Made by a program: the position numbers and the translations under genes
Shown here: piece by piece, positions 41,520-55,774 of the stretch
Position numbering within the stretch: the first letter of the stretch is position 1
How the letters are laid out: the number at the start of each line of letters is the position of its first letter
Assembly (NCBI GenBank): GCA_964016885.1
Contig: OZ024743.1
Location: 71,548,001 to 71,612,000, forward strand
Direction of reading: 5' to 3'
DNA from: Eledone cirrhosa
Lineage: Eukaryota
Length of the DNA: 64,000 bases
Notes under the pieces: model-generated
What the model saw: the letters and a program-made list of their open reading frames with translations, nothing else
Told to the model about the DNA's origin: nothing
Databases searched by the model: none

Positions 41520-43441
41520 TCAATGGTGGGAAGTCGCCTGGATTGGATGGGATGTATGCTGAGATCTTGAAGCACGGTGGAGAGAATCTCTTTCGACCGA
41601 CTTCATTCTTTGGTTCTGGATGCCCGGAACAACAATCATGTTCCCGATGACTGGAAGGATGCTGTGATGGTTGTTTTGTACAAGGGAAAGGGAGACAGGG
41701 ACAACTGTGGAAACTATCGTGGTATATCACTGTTGTCTCTTGCTGATGAAGCTCTACCAGAGTTGCAATCGGGCTTTCGGGCTGGGTGTGGCACTATGGA
41801 CATGATCTTTACTGCCAGACAACTGCAGGAAAAGTGTGTTGAGCAGAATGTGGATCTCTACCAGGTGTTTGTTGATCTGACGAAGGCGTTTGACACGGTC
41901 AACAGAAAGGCTTTAATGAATATCTTGAGGAAGCTGGGAAGTTTGTTTCCATTTTGCGTTTGTTCCATGATGACATGAAGGCATGGGTAAATGTTGGTAG
42001 AAAGCTCTCTGAGCCGGTGACGGTCGAGAATGGAGTCAAACAGGTGTCATTCCAGCTCCAACACTTTTTGCTTTGTACTTCTCCATTGTCTTCTAAAAGG
42101 CCTTCGGAAGAAATGTTCGCTATCGATCAACTGAAAAGCTGTTTAATATCAGAAGGTTCAATGCTAAGTCAAAGGTTCACTTGTCACTAATCAGGGATTT
42201 GCTTTATGTAGATGACTGTGACCTGATGGCGTACACTGAGATTGATGTGCAGCATCTCAGAGATGCATTTTCTAATGCGTGTACTGCATTGGGACTTACC
42301 ATAAGCCTGAAAAAGACAGTAGCCATGTACCAACCAGCCCCTGGGAAGCCATTTTGTGAGTCCAACATCTTGGTTTATGGTGAACGGCTAAGGGTCGTTG
42401 GCAGTTTTGTATATCTTGGAAGCACTCTGAGTATGTTCTGCGATCTTGATGGGGAAATATCAAACAGGATACAGAAAGCCAGTGATGCCTTTGGAAAACT
42501 GAACAAGCGTCTCTGGTCTCAACACGGAATTTCAGTAAAGACAAAGCTCAAAGTGTATCATGCGTGTGTGCTCGCGGCACTTCTTTATGCTTGTGAGACG
42601 TGGGTGGTCTACCGTAGACAGATGAAGCGACTTGAGAGGTTCCACCAGTACTGCTTACGTCGGATCCTCGGCATAACTTGGCAAATGTTTGTCAGTAACG
42701 TCGAGGTTCTGGACAGAAGTGGCTGTGATAGTGTCGAGTCCTTGATTTTGAAACATCAGCTGCGCTGGACAGGCAATCTTGTAAGGATGAAGGACAAGCG
42801 AATGCCGAAGCAGCTGCTTTATGGTGAGCTCTAAATGGGAAAAAAGAACGCGAGCAAACCCAAGATGCGTTTTAAGGACTGCATGAAGGGGGCGCTCAAG
42901 AAAAGTAACATCCCTTGTGAGCACTGGGAAGCATGCGCTAGCGACCGATCGCAGTGGAGGAAAGCAGTGGCTAGTGGGAAGAGTCTATTTGAGGAAACAA
43001 GAAGAAGGCCCGCGACACTAAAAAGAGAGGTCTGGAAAGGAATCCATGCTGGCCTTCCCGAAGGCACTGACAGACGGCCTGACCTGACATGTGAGACCTG
43101 AAATAGGGTTTGTCTGAGCATGGCAGGTCTAAAGAGTCACCTGAGAGTGCACAAGAACAGGGAAGCAGGCACCTGTGGAGATATAAGTGTTCATCAGACG
43201 ACGACATGTGATGTTTGTGGAAGGGTATGCAGGTCGAATAGTGATCTCACACGACACCTCGGGTCACATGGTGCCATGGACCCAGCACTAGGTGTCAATA
43301 ATTGTCACAAGTGTAGTGTTTGTACCAGAGTTTTCAAGTCGCTGGCTAAACTAACTGCCACACTCGTTCAGTGCATCGGTAGGGGTTCTCCTACATGGAT
43401 ATAAAGTAGTGGCCGTACTTGAAAACGAGTTGGCAGCCACC
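41520..43441 (+). pseudogene. 5'-truncated degraded RTE LINE
   Basis: NYRGISLL, QSGFRAG, VDLTKAFDTV, LLYVDDC, FVYLGS, QLRWTG, CDVCGRVCRSNSDLTRHLGSH. Confidence 0.9.
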
Positions 43442-43524
43442 ATATATATATATGTATATATATATATTTATATATATATATGTATATATATATATTTATA
43501 TATATATATGTATATATATATATA

Positions 43525-43991
43525 TTGGTGCTATTGGTAACATGTATCCAAGTACAACCTGTCTCATGGCCATCCAAAATCACCGGGAGAGATGACCCCT
43601 TAGCCTTTGTCAAGGCAGAATTCTAGGAGAGGAAAACTCTGATATAACACCTGCAACCCTGATGGTATCCAATGATGTTGACTTGTTCTTCTTTTTGGTA
43701 AATATCATCTTGGTTAAGCGTGTGGGACTGGCTTTGTGCAGTGCCTTTGCTCACTATAAAAGCTTCACGTCACAGGCATTGCTTTATATCTGGAGATCTC
43801 TCTGCACTTGTCGTCACATGGTACCATGGGCCCAGCACTATGTGTCAATAATTGTCACAAGTGTAGTGTTTGTACCAGAGTTTTCAAGTCGCTGGCTGGA
43901 CAAAAAGTCACACTCGTTCAGCGCATCGGTAGGGGTTCTCCTACATGGATATAAAGTAGTGGCCGTACCCGAAAACGAGTTGGCAGCCACC
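43525..43991 (+). mobile_element. second bipartite non-autonomous RTE derivative
   Basis: Matches 16931-17528 except for an internal deletion between two ATGG microhomologies. Confidence 0.8.
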
Positions 43992-44143
43992 ATATATACA
44001 TATATATATATATACATATATATATATGTATATGTATATATATATATATGTATATATGTGTGTCTCTATATATATTATATATACATGAACATAATTTACT
44101 TTAATACTTATATACATGCATATACACACAAATACGCACTCTC

Positions 44144-44207
<64 letters not shown>

Positions 44208-44759
44208 TTACATACACAGGGAACAGCTTTTGATTTAGTAATGCCATTTTGTATTTCTGATTTATCGATGCATTTCTTTAGCTGTAGAATATTATACTAA
44301 ATAAATACACAGGATAGAAATTTAGGAAATAAGTTGATTAATTTATTTCTGTAATTTGTATCTATTTCAAGTCAACCTAATGCCCAGTGGTATACAAACC
44401 AAGAGTTTAACATAGTTTTCTATAAGCTTTCTTGTAGCCTATCACATTGCTAATGTTAGAGTATTGTGATATCATTTGCATAATCGATATGCAATCAGGC
44501 AATCTGCTTTTAATTTGAGATATCACTTAGTTATTGCATAGCTAATAAGGTAATCTGTTGCTCATTAGAGTTTCGAATTAAAGATATATATCGGCGTATG
44601 ATTGGGCCTAATACCCAATAAATCAAGTATTAAATGAGTAAGAATATGTATTCAAAGACATCAGTGATAAGGCTTTCATTGTTATATCATGGGCCATTAT
44701 TTATGTATTGACGCACTGATACAATCTTCACATAAGACAATACGTTACATAAACCCCTT

Positions 44760-45310
44760 TTTTTAAACTTCCCTATCTACCTTTATATGTCGCTATCGTT
44801 CTAATCTCCACGGATGGATATGTATGAATAATGGATCTCCTGTAGTGTAGCTTGACTTGTAACAAGAAATAACATTAAGTTGATGAAATTTGAATTGCAG
44901 ATAATCAAGCACAGCATTATTAAGTTTCTGACTTCGATATCTGAGCAATAGATAACTGAACACTGCATAGATGGATGTTAAGTGAGCAGACATCTAGATT
45001 ATAGCGGATGAACTGCCTGTTGGTGCTTGTGTTCCTATCGGAGTGTGTTCTACTTGAGTCAAGTTATAATGAATTCGACGAAGTAGTATTAGGAAGAGGC
45101 TTTCATTAGTAAAGTAAGAAGGTCTAATGAAGTTTCTGATGAACATCTTGTGATAGTGGTATTGGTGAGCAAAGAAAGAAGAGACTTCCAGCAATTGACA
45201 CAGAAGACTATGTGTGGAGGTATGAAGCAGGGATTGTTTTTTCTGGAGGGGCTCCACCTGCTAGTTCCTTTATCATTTGAAGAGTAGCATTTAAACCGAT
45301 CACTGGAAGC

Positions 45311-45312
<2 letters not shown>
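44760..45312 (-). mobile_element. old LINE-like 3' fragment (clade uncertain)
   Basis: Degenerate coding-like stretch ending in a UTR with AATAAA; only weak motif similarity. Confidence 0.35.
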
Positions 45313-45381
<69 letters not shown>

Positions 45382-45385
<4 letters not shown>

Positions 45386-45657
45386 AAAAAATGATGAAAT
45401 CGAAAATGCAGCTGGAGTCTTATTTTAAAATATATATATATATTTATTTGGTTCCTTTACCGGTTTCGCACTTCTTCTGCTTTTCAAAAGTAGAGTTGAG
45501 ATGGAGGGTCTGTGGTTTTTAAAAACCACAGACCCTCCATCTCAACTCTACTTTTGAAAAGCAGCAGAGCGAAACCGGTAGAGGAACCAAATAAATATAT
45601 ATATATATTTTTAAATAAGACTCCAGTTGCATTTTCAATTTCATTTTCTTTTCTTTA
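45382..45657. repeat. fold-back palindrome with a hammerhead 3' half-core
   Basis: Symmetry centre at 45520/45521 (GGTTTTT|AAAAACC); GAAACCGGTA at 45571-45580, mirrored by TACCGGTTTC. Confidence 0.85.
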
Positions 45658-45714
45658 TACATTCACTCGTGTAGGACACCTCGGTTATTTTTCAATTTGT
45701 AAAAAAAACCTCAC

Positions 45715-45765
<51 letters not shown>

Positions 45766-45772
<7 letters not shown>

Positions 45773-47663
45773 AGATCAAAAGATGGTTAAAGGAGTTCCA
45801 TATATTTTATTATGCGCATTTCAAAAACAAACATCATCAAGCAATAATATTTGTGTTTTCATCAGATAAAACAGGAGAACATGATATGAAGGCTAAAAAA
45901 CACTTGTTGATAGTGCAGTTTTAAATCAACATATGAAAAGTGGTTTTAGATTGATGTGTGATATTGGGAAAAATATTTTATTTAGAGAGGGGGGGGGGAA
46001 AGGATGAAAAGGGAAGGAGATGAGAGGGAGAGATGGGTGATAGAGAGAAAGAGATAGTTTTTATAACTGAGAGGAGATATATTTTTTACATAGAGGGGTT
46101 GAAAACCGTTGGAAGATACTGTATAAATTAAACATTTTAAACTTAACGAAGGGAGGATATGTGCGAGGAAAAAATATTTTATTTAGGGAGGGGGGGTGGA
46201 AAGGATGAAAAAAGGGGGGAGGAGATGAGAGTGAAGGTGGAGAGGGAGAGATGGGTGATAGAGAGAAAGCGATAGTTTTTATAACTGAGAAAAAGATATA
46301 TTGTTTTAATATAGAGAGGTTGGGAACCGTTGGAAGATAATGTATAAATTAAAGGAATTTGAAAATTAACGATGGGAAATTATGTATGAAGATAGAGAGA
46401 AAAAAATAATAATTGTGGGTGAATATTCTAACGTCAAAAGAAGAAATGTATGTATTGTGGCAATTTCAAAATTAGCGAAGAGAAAAGTTGTTATGGTTTG
46501 TGTGTAGAAGGATTTGAGAAAAATAATGTGAAGTTAAAGTTTGTATATTGAATTGATATGTATTAATAATGAGATCGTTGATGGGGAGAAACAAATAATA
46601 ATAAATTAAGGATGAAATTGAGATTGAAAAGATTTATGATAGAGAGAAAAAATAATAATGATTGCGGATGAATATTCAAAATGTCAAAAACAAATGTTAT
46701 TATTTTACGAGAAGATAGAATGAGGGTAATGAGTAAACGAGTATTATAGAGTGTATAATGCCCTTTAAAGTAAGGTAAGGTAGATGGGTATATTTTAAAG
46801 AGGTGTATGTATATGTGCCTTTGAGAAAAGATTCTAAATTGATAAAGAATTGAATATTAACTGTATACTTTGTGAAAAGTTCTATGGAATTTATGCAGGC
46901 AGATAGAAAACAAATCTGAGCGTCTGTTTATTATAGAATCTAGGTTAGAGATAATGGTAATTTTTTCATTTAGGCAGAGATTACAGATTTTAGATAGAGA
47001 GCTGTTCAAGTATGAGGATGCAGAAGAAATCTTTTTCCAAAAGATGTTATATTTAATGTTTTTGTCTTTTAAGGACCATATGAGTTCTGAGAGAGCAGTG
47101 TTAGTTCTTTTAAGTTTGTATTTGAAAGATGAATGATGATTATAGAGACGAGCTTTAAAAGAGGTGGAAGTGGAGCCAAAATAGGTGAAGGAATTGGTGC
47201 TAGTTATAATTTTACATTCATAAATTAAGTTTTTATCGAGGCAATGGTTGTTGAGAGGACATTTATTTTTGATGCGGCAGTTGCAATTAGAGAGATTATT
47301 AATGAGTGATCTAGTGTTATCTATAGAAGGAATTGGATTGGAGAGGTTGTTTGCGATAGGAATAATAGGAATAATAGTTTCTTGATTTAGAGTTGGATTA
47401 TGAACATTTAGCGAAGTTGTGTTTGACGTTGTATTTGGGTTTACAGAAGTTAGCCTAGGGTTTACAATGACGTCGGGAGTACTATTACTGTTATTATGAA
47501 ATTCGATATTGGAAGGAAGAGATTTAGTATTTAATATTTTGTTGTTGTGTTTAGAGATGATGTTGGAAATATTGGAGGATGTAGAATACGAAAATTTGAT
47601 GGTGTGTTTGTTAAATATTTTACTATAGATATGATTTATTGTACTACAATAAAACTCACCTCC

Positions 47664-47667
<4 letters not shown>
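45766..47667 (-). mobile_element. 5'-truncated Penelope family A element: GIY-YIG endonuclease region, 3'UTR and pLTR with a hammerhead (45805-45871)
   Basis: Minus-strand translation of about 47640-46880 gives KIFNKHTIKFSYS..HNNKIL, CNCRIKNKCPLNNHCLDKNLIY, TYFGSTSTSFKARLYNH, INRRSDLFSICLHK; a tandem duplication of about 200 bp lies in the UTR (45965-46400). Confidence 0.85.
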
Positions 47668-47705
<38 letters not shown>

Positions 47706-47707
<2 letters not shown>

Positions 47708-50702
47708 GCGGCGATGAATTAGTTTTGCGAGGTTTTTTATATGAAATCGTGTGTCGAAACAGATATTGTTATATTTGGTGAGGGTCATATTTGCGTAATA
47801 TTGCCAGAATTAATAACAGAACACACTCACTGTTTGGTTGGTTTTCGCTTCTCGCTGTCTTTTATATATATATATCTGCGATCTAACTTACTCGGTCCTC
47901 AATGTTGCCATTGACTGACCGGCGGTCAAAAATAATACAGATACAATATAGACAAACACATATATATATAGTTTACATAAATCTTTCGTTGCACATCTGC
48001 AACATCGTCAGTGGTGTTATATTCATTGTTCCTCCTGTTGTGTTGTATGTCTACGCCATTTTTTTTGTTCAGTCTGTCTATATATTTATTTATTTATTTG
48101 CTTGTTTGTTTATCTTATTTTATTTTGTCTTCTTTGCGCATGCGTTTGCGTGTGTGTATAGTGTTATGTGTGATGTGTGACTAGTGTGTATAGTGTTGTG
48201 TCTGCTGGGTGACTAGTGTGTGTTTATGTGCTTGTGTATGTATTTATTTATCTTATTTTATTTAATTTAATTTACTTATTTATTTATACTTCTCTTAGGT
48301 CAGTGTTGTTTGTTTGGGTGTTGTTGTTGTTCCACTCATTCTTTCTGTTTAGCTTTGGTCTTCTAATTTCTATTTCACTGGCCTCTCTGATTTGCCTATC
48401 TGCTGGGTCATTCCTATGTTTAGATATTATTCTAATTTCTATGTTGTCTATGTTACCGTCATGATGTTGTCTAGCATGTTCGTATAGTACTGACCCGTTT
48501 TTTCGTCCTTTTAGTTCCCCCCAGTGTTGGTCTATCCTTTCACCTATGCTACGAGCTGTCTCACCTATGTATGTTGTTGTCGTGTTTCTGCAAGTACCCT
48601 CTGTACATCTTATGCTATAGACTACGTTTCTAGTTTTACAGTTTATCCGGGGGTTCACCTTACATATGATACATTTCCTATTGGTACAGTGGGTTTTCTT
48701 AAAAGGGTAGGTTTTGCTGATCAGGGATTTTATGGTGGTTCCTGGCTTTTCTACCACCTTTATTTTTAAGTGGGTCTTTCTCAGGGCCTTTCTACACTGG
48801 TTAGCTAATTTCCCTCCAGGGGTGGCGTCCACAAACATGACACTCTGATATCTCTGGTTGTCGTACCATGATGTGGCCTTCCCTATCTTATGTCTAGCCC
48901 TATCTAAGCTATTCCATGATTTGCTCCTGTATAGTGGGCAAATTCCTTTCATGTCCAGTTCTATGAGGGTCTTATACTTTTCCATGGCTCCTTCGTATAC
49001 TCTGACTCTGTCTCTTTGGTTGTAGCCAGAGAACTGCATGCGGTTGATGAAGTGTTGGATGTGTCCTTCCATTTCTGTTGGGTCGCACATGCTGGACACA
49101 TTCTTCATCACTCGTACCAAATCTGCGATCAGAATATTAAACTTAGCACTACTGGACATTGCTGAGTTTTTGAGTATCAGGTATTTGGAGGCCATGGGTT
49201 TAGCATAGTGTGAGTGGAGAATTTGGGCTCTCTCGTCTATAGTGTTAATCCAGAGTTCTGTGTCTAATACAGGTAGTCTATTGTTAGGGTGTTTGGAAGG
49301 GAAGTCTATAGTTACAGTTATACTCTGGTGTATGGAATTAGCTATCTGCTGGATGCTTTCCATCGTGCTACGTTCTAAATCAAACTTGTTAGTGCTCTCT
49401 AGTGGGGGTGTTCTTATAACTATATTGATATCGTCTACATAACGAGAGTACATGATGAGGTCTATGGAGCTTTCATTAAGGAGATCTTTAAGTCTCCTTT
49501 CCCACCATACCATGAAAAGGTTGGCAACATCGCCAGCTATGCTGACGCCGATGGCTGCTCCCTCATTTTGGGTGTAGATTTTCTCATTGAACTTAAATAT
49601 GTGGCCCTTTAGGGTAGTTTTGATACTAGCCCCTATTGCATGTGCGACCATTTTTCTTACCTGATCAGTGTTTTGGGGGGTCCGTATAGCTTTGGTCCAC
49701 CCAATCCACCTTCCTATGGGAGTCTTTTTAGCCATTGAGGTTATGGTGGGGGGTCTACCTCTTATAGGTCTACTAGGGCAGAAACATCTAAGGTCATGGC
49801 TGTCTAGGTAGTCAGTGTCGTAGGTAAGTCTAAGTAGGAGGCCCAGTTCGTCTGTGTCGACGTCGCAGAACTCCACCTCACTCTCAATGATCATCTCCAC
49901 CATAACCTCAATGGCTAAAAAGACTCCCATAGGAAGGTGGATTGGGTGGACCAAAGCTATACGGACCCCCCAAAACACTGATCCCCCCAAAACACTATAC
50001 GAACATGCTAGACAACATCATGACGGTAACATAGACAACATAGAAATTAGAATAATATCTAAACATAGCAATGACCCAGCAGATAGGCAAATCAGAGAGG
50101 CCAGTGAAATAGAAATTAGAAGACCAAAGCTAAACAGAAAGAATGAGTGGAACAACAACAACACCCAAACAAACAACACTGACCTAAGAGAAGTATAAAT
50201 AAATAAGTAAATTAAATTAAATAAAATAAGATAAATAAATACATACACAAGCACATAAACACACACTAGTCACCCAGCAGACACAACACTATACACACTA
50301 GTCACACATCACACATAACACTATACACACACGCAAACGCATGCGCAAAGAAGACAAAATAAAATAAGATAAACAAACAAGCAAATAAATAAATAAATAT
50401 ATAGACAGACTGAACAAAAAAAATGGCGTAGACATACAACACAACAGGAGGAACAATGAATATAACACCACTGACGATGTTGCAGATGTGCAACGAAAGA
50501 TTTATGTAAACTATATATATATGTGTTTGTCTATATTGTATCTGTATTATTTTTGACCGCCGGTCAGTCAATGGCAACATTGAGGACCGAGTAAGTTAGA
50601 TCGCAGATATATATATATAAAAGACAGCGAGAAGCGAAAACCAACCAAACAGTGAGTGTGTTCTGTTATTAATTCTGGCAATATTACGCAAATATGACCC
50701 TC
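47706..50702 (-). mobile_element. Penelope family B element, 5'-truncated, with an inverted pLTR
   Basis: 47780-48488 and 49994-50702 are near-perfect 709-bp inverted repeats; hammerheads at 47975-48016 (-) and 50466-50507 (+); flanked by (TA)n. Confidence 0.92.
48284..49896 (-). CDS. Penelope RT plus GIY-YIG endonuclease (partial, uninterrupted)
   Basis: YTQNEGAAIG, YSRYVDDI, LPVLD, NVVYSIRC..YIGETARS..R..H; the first ~30 aa of the tracked 568-aa ORF come from an inversion. Confidence 0.9.
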
Positions 50703-50715
50703 CCCATATATATAC

Positions 50716-50756
<41 letters not shown>

Positions 50757-50757
50757 A

Positions 50758-50795
<38 letters not shown>

Positions 50796-50907
50796 ATATA
50801 TATATATACATATATATATATATGCATATAAATATATATATATATATATGCATATAAATATATATATATATATATATACATATAAATATATATATATATA
50901 TATATAC

Positions 50908-50938
<31 letters not shown>

Positions 50939-50981
50939 AATATATATATATATATATATATAAATATATATATATATATGC

Positions 50982-51012
<31 letters not shown>

Positions 51013-51067
51013 AATATATATATATATATACATATAAATATATATATATAAATATATATATATATAC

Positions 51068-51136
<69 letters not shown>

Positions 51137-51147
51137 TATATACATAT

Positions 51148-51241
<94 letters not shown>

Positions 51242-51255
51242 ATATTTATGTATAT

Positions 51256-51453
51256 ATAATATAAGATCAAAAGATGGTTAAAGGAGTTCCATGTATTTTA
51301 TTATGCGCATTTCAAAAACAAACATCATCATGCAATAATATTTGTGTTTTCATCAGATAAAACAGGAGAACATGATATGAAGGTTAAAAAACACTTGTGG
51401 ATAGTGCAGTTTTAAATCAACATATTGTACTACAATAAAACTCACCTTCTACA
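51256..51453 (-). mobile_element. Penelope family A pLTR with a hammerhead (51296-51362)
   Basis: Reverse complement of 39932-40130. Confidence 0.85.
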
Positions 51454-51540
51454 TATGTATATATATATATGTGTTGTAAGGTAGCAAAAACGCGTCCGTA
51501 GGCTTTATGCCGTTTGAGCACTCGTGGAGCAGATTATATT

Positions 51541-51743
51541 ATCATAGGTAACGAGGAATCAGTGATGAATTAAAACAGAATTTATTAACATATTACATGT
51601 TTCTCCGACGATCAGCTCAAGGCAGTATCTATTATAGATCGAACCCGACTCTGCACTGGCAAGGTTCTGCCATGATCTGATCGCTGGATAAACATATGTA
51701 ATACGTTAATAAATTTTTTAATGCATCTCTGATTCCTCGTTAT

Positions 51744-51750
<7 letters not shown>
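51541..51750. repeat. imperfect fold-back palindrome with hammerhead half-cores
   Basis: ATAGGTAACGAGGAATCAG / CTGATTCCTCGTTATCTAT arms; TACATGTTTC in one arm and AAACATATGTA in the other. Confidence 0.75.
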
Positions 51751-51775
<25 letters not shown>

Positions 51776-51848
51776 CACCTAAATTGAACTGACATAGAGT
51801 ATGAGATGTAGCCCTATGTAAATACACATAGACAAACACTTATGCATG

Positions 51849-51941
<93 letters not shown>

Positions 51942-52107
51942 ATACAATATTTATGCTTCTCTCCAGGGTCCCCAAACTATTGCTCCTAATCTTTTCTGGA
52001 CACGCCAGCAGCTCATATAAGTTCTTCCAAAGTTTTCATTATCTGAGGCCGACACGATGTAACTGTCCCCAGACACGACGACGTTTAATCCACTGTATAC
52101 ATAGAGT

Positions 52108-52255
52108 AAGAAGCGCATGGCTTAGTGGTTAGAGCATTGGGCTTGCAATCGAAAGGTTGTGAGTGAGTTCAATTCCCGGACCGGGTGATGTGTTGTTTCC
52201 TTGAGCAAGATAATTTATTTAACGTTGCTCCAGTTTACTAAGCTGTAGAAATAAG
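52108..52255 (+). mobile_element. family B SINE
   Basis: GCGCATGGCTTAGTGGTTAGAGC..GAGTTCAATTCCCGG..TTCCTTGAGCAAGA. Confidence 0.8.
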
Positions 52256-53129
52256 ATGATAGGACTGGACTTCCTATCATTAAATCACCCAAGACATCTA
52301 CAACGAGATATACCTTGGTGGAGGCCAGCTAAACCTACATAGGTGTGAGCTGTTACACTCACATAGAGTAACCGCTTTCCCAGCGGTCAACTTAGAAACC
52401 AACCACCTCTTACATCATGTAGGCATCACTTCTGAAGCAATCTAATATACATATATCTTGTCTAGCCATTGGCTCGTGTCCGCCGGAGAGACTGGCCATC
52501 ACCTGGATGAACCAGCTGGACATCTTTCATTTTGAGCTCAACATCTTTCATTTTTCTGCTTTCTTCATGCGATATATGGATGGCATACTCATTCTCACAT
52601 CTTCCGTTGGAAAAGGAGACAATACTGAGCCTACATAATCACAACAAATACTGTTGCCTCATCGGACTCGACTTTTAAATAAAACCCACAGAGAAAGCTT
52701 TAACTAACTCCAGCTTCTACAGGGAAGTCGCATGTAGAGATCTGTAAGACCCCTGCAGATCAAACTTCCCTATCAGTGTCGAGACAGGATAAATCGGTAA
52801 CGAATGCACCTTTATAGAGAACAGATGTTATGATACACAGCTTTAGGCCATACATAGAAGACAGTTCAAAAGAGGCCAGCAGTTAAAGAATATCAAGTAT
52901 CAGTTCAGAGATCAAAGCTTAAACAATAGAAAACTGTTCCAACACTTATATTGTAACGTTATCACACTTCAGTGAAATGTGGTGGCTGTTATCTACGTTT
53001 GTTATTCTATTTCTATATTGGTCTACCTCGATCTTTCTACCTATCAAGTTCTAGTAATATTTCTCTCTGGGAGTATACTTCATCGAAATAACAGGACACA
53101 AACAATATATCTCACGTAACAGTTCTACA

Positions 53130-53720
53130 TGTGAATTGGCAGTATCAGTAGAGAGTCGGAAACCATGCTTTGCAGCATAGAGTTACGCCCATTTATGGTC
53201 TGAGTTCAAATCCCATCAAGGTTAACTTTGCCTTTCATCCTTACGGGGTCAATAAAATTAAGTACCAGTAATGCACTGAGATAATTGGTGACCTTGTGTC
53301 AAACGTAGAAACAATTATTGATATTTATTATTGATATTTCCGCCGAGGTTAGCTTTGACTTTTATTATTATGAGGTCGACAAAATAAAGAACCAGTAACC
53401 TACTGTGCCGGTTTAATCGACGTTCCCATCCCCACAAAAAAAGGCCGTGTGCCTTAATCAGAAACTAATATTTATTATAAATATTATATTAATAACAAGG
53501 GCTTTAGATTGGCTGTATCGGTGGAGCATCGAAAAACATGCTTTATAGCATAGAGCTACGGCCCATTACGATCTCAGTTCAAATCCTGCCGAGGTTAGCT
53601 TTGCCTTTCATCCTTACGAGTTCAATAAAATAAAGCACCAATAACATACTGGGGTCGATTTAATCGATTTCAGCACCCCACAAATATTGTTGGCGCTGTG
53701 CATAAATCAGAAACCAATAT
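53130..53720 (+). mobile_element. three tandem family A SINE copies
   Basis: Heads and cores at about 53135, 53335 and 53497. Confidence 0.8.
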
Positions 53721-54108
53721 TCTAGTAATAACAACTACATTGCCAACATATTTTAACGCTCTGTATTCTAAGAACGATGATTTACACACCTCGATATTAT
53801 TTCAGGCTCTCTGCGACATGAGTTTAAATCCCATCAAAGATAAATATGATTTTCAAACTTCAGGGTGGATATATCAAGGACTACTGATAGGGCGGTGGAT
53901 TGATGGAACTGTTACAGAATTAGTTGGAATTCTTTACGTTATCTCTGAGATATTTACGTCTGGATTTATATCCTGCTTCTTATCACCAGAAAATTCGTAG
54001 AACTCTGTCAGGAGGTGGGATCAGCAGATAGTATCACCAACGGAATGATCAACTGAAATATAGTTTCCTTGATCCGATATGATGATCGGCTTCCTTCCTA
54101 TACTTTAA

Positions 54109-54225
<117 letters not shown>

Positions 54226-54356
54226 CGCGCAACTATTTCGAAGCAACAGGGGCGTATCCAGCTTTCATTGGGCCTGAAGCAACCGATTGTACAAGTAACG
54301 TGTTTAGATGATTCATCGAGTGTGTATATGTGTGTGTGTGTGTGTGAAATTGAGTG

Positions 54357-54396
<40 letters not shown>

Positions 54397-54968
54397 TGTG
54401 TGCGTGTCTGTAAGTCTGTGTATCTGTGTTTCACACTGTGTTATGTTGTGTGTCTGTGAAAAGATATGTACGTACTTCACATGAGACTGATTATCTATTG
54501 ATCTCGGAAAATTGTGAAAGGAATATAAAGCAGTTATTTTAATCGAAGTGTTTCTAGGTTCAATCCCGCTGCATGACATACTGACCAAGTGTCTTCTACA
54601 ATAGCCTCGTGCAATTACAAACTATGGAGCACCTTCTAGTTTGCCCCAATCTTGAAGATTCGTGCACACATAACGACATTGTAATCTAAACACTCCAGGC
54701 AATGCTATGTGCGCAGCGACTCGACAAGAAGACGTCCTAAAAATATTTCTCAGTTGAATTTGTTGACGTGCATCTCTCTCTCTCTCTCTTCTCTTTCTCC
54801 CCCTTTCTCCCCTCTCTCTCCCTCTCTATTTCTCTCTCTCCCCCATGCATGCATACACACTTCTCTCCCATTCTATCCATCACACGCACATATTTTACAC
54901 TTACTTTCTTTCACCTTCTCACTATCTCTGTCTCTGTCTGTGACACATATCATACAAATGATTCTCTT

Positions 54969-55028
<60 letters not shown>

Positions 55029-55176
55029 CACACACACACACACACACGCACACACACATACATATTTATATATATATACACACGCACATACATATATATA
55101 CACATTTATATATATTCACACACATACATTCTACACATTTATTTATATATATATACATATATATATGTATATATGT

Positions 55177-55248
<72 letters not shown>

Positions 55249-55414
55249 GTATATAAAATGGTGTGTGAACATGACAAATCATGTTTTTCTCCTTCACTAT
55301 ATCTCAGCTGAAGAACAAGACTGAAAAGTATATATACACTCACCATATTTACGTTCGAAGTAACGTATATCGTAATTCCAGATTTGGTGTAATAAAATGT
55401 TAATCTTGTCTTAG

Positions 55415-55543
55415 CGCAGTACCTGGCGTAGTGGTCCAAAGACCAGGGATTCCAGAATTGTGATCAACCGAAGTTTCAGCAGTGTTCCACGGTACCGCGG
55501 AGACATTTTTGGAACGAAACCTCTTAGAGTAGTAACCATCTTA
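55415..55543 (+). CDS. iGluR internal exon (end of ATD, start of S1)
   Basis: TCTTAG acceptor, GTAAGT donor; RSTWRSG...DIFGTKPLRVVTIL splices in phase 0 to EPPF. Confidence 0.85.
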
Positions 55544-55774
55544 GTAAGTATCATTTTCTTAATATGTTTTCTTGATTCCTGCATGTGTTAAGGTGGCGAA
55601 TTAGTGGAAATGTTAGAACGACGGATAGAATGTTTTGCAGATTGTTTTGCGGTTTTGTGGTAATATCAGACATAGGAAAGGTTTGGAAACTTCCCAGCAA
55701 AATGTGATTTAGTGAAACATCATCATAATAACCTTAACAACAGCAAAACAAGAAATAAATACTGATGAAAAATA

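Noticed and set aside
49897-50198. N-terminus of the 568-aa ORF and the 114-aa ORF at 49854
   Set aside because: Chimeric products of the inversion junctions, not genuine protein starts
52743-53121. Possible solo LTR (TGTAAGAC...GTAACA)
   Set aside because: TG..CA ends are present, but the flanks (GATC/GTTC) mismatch and there is no second copy, PBS or PPT
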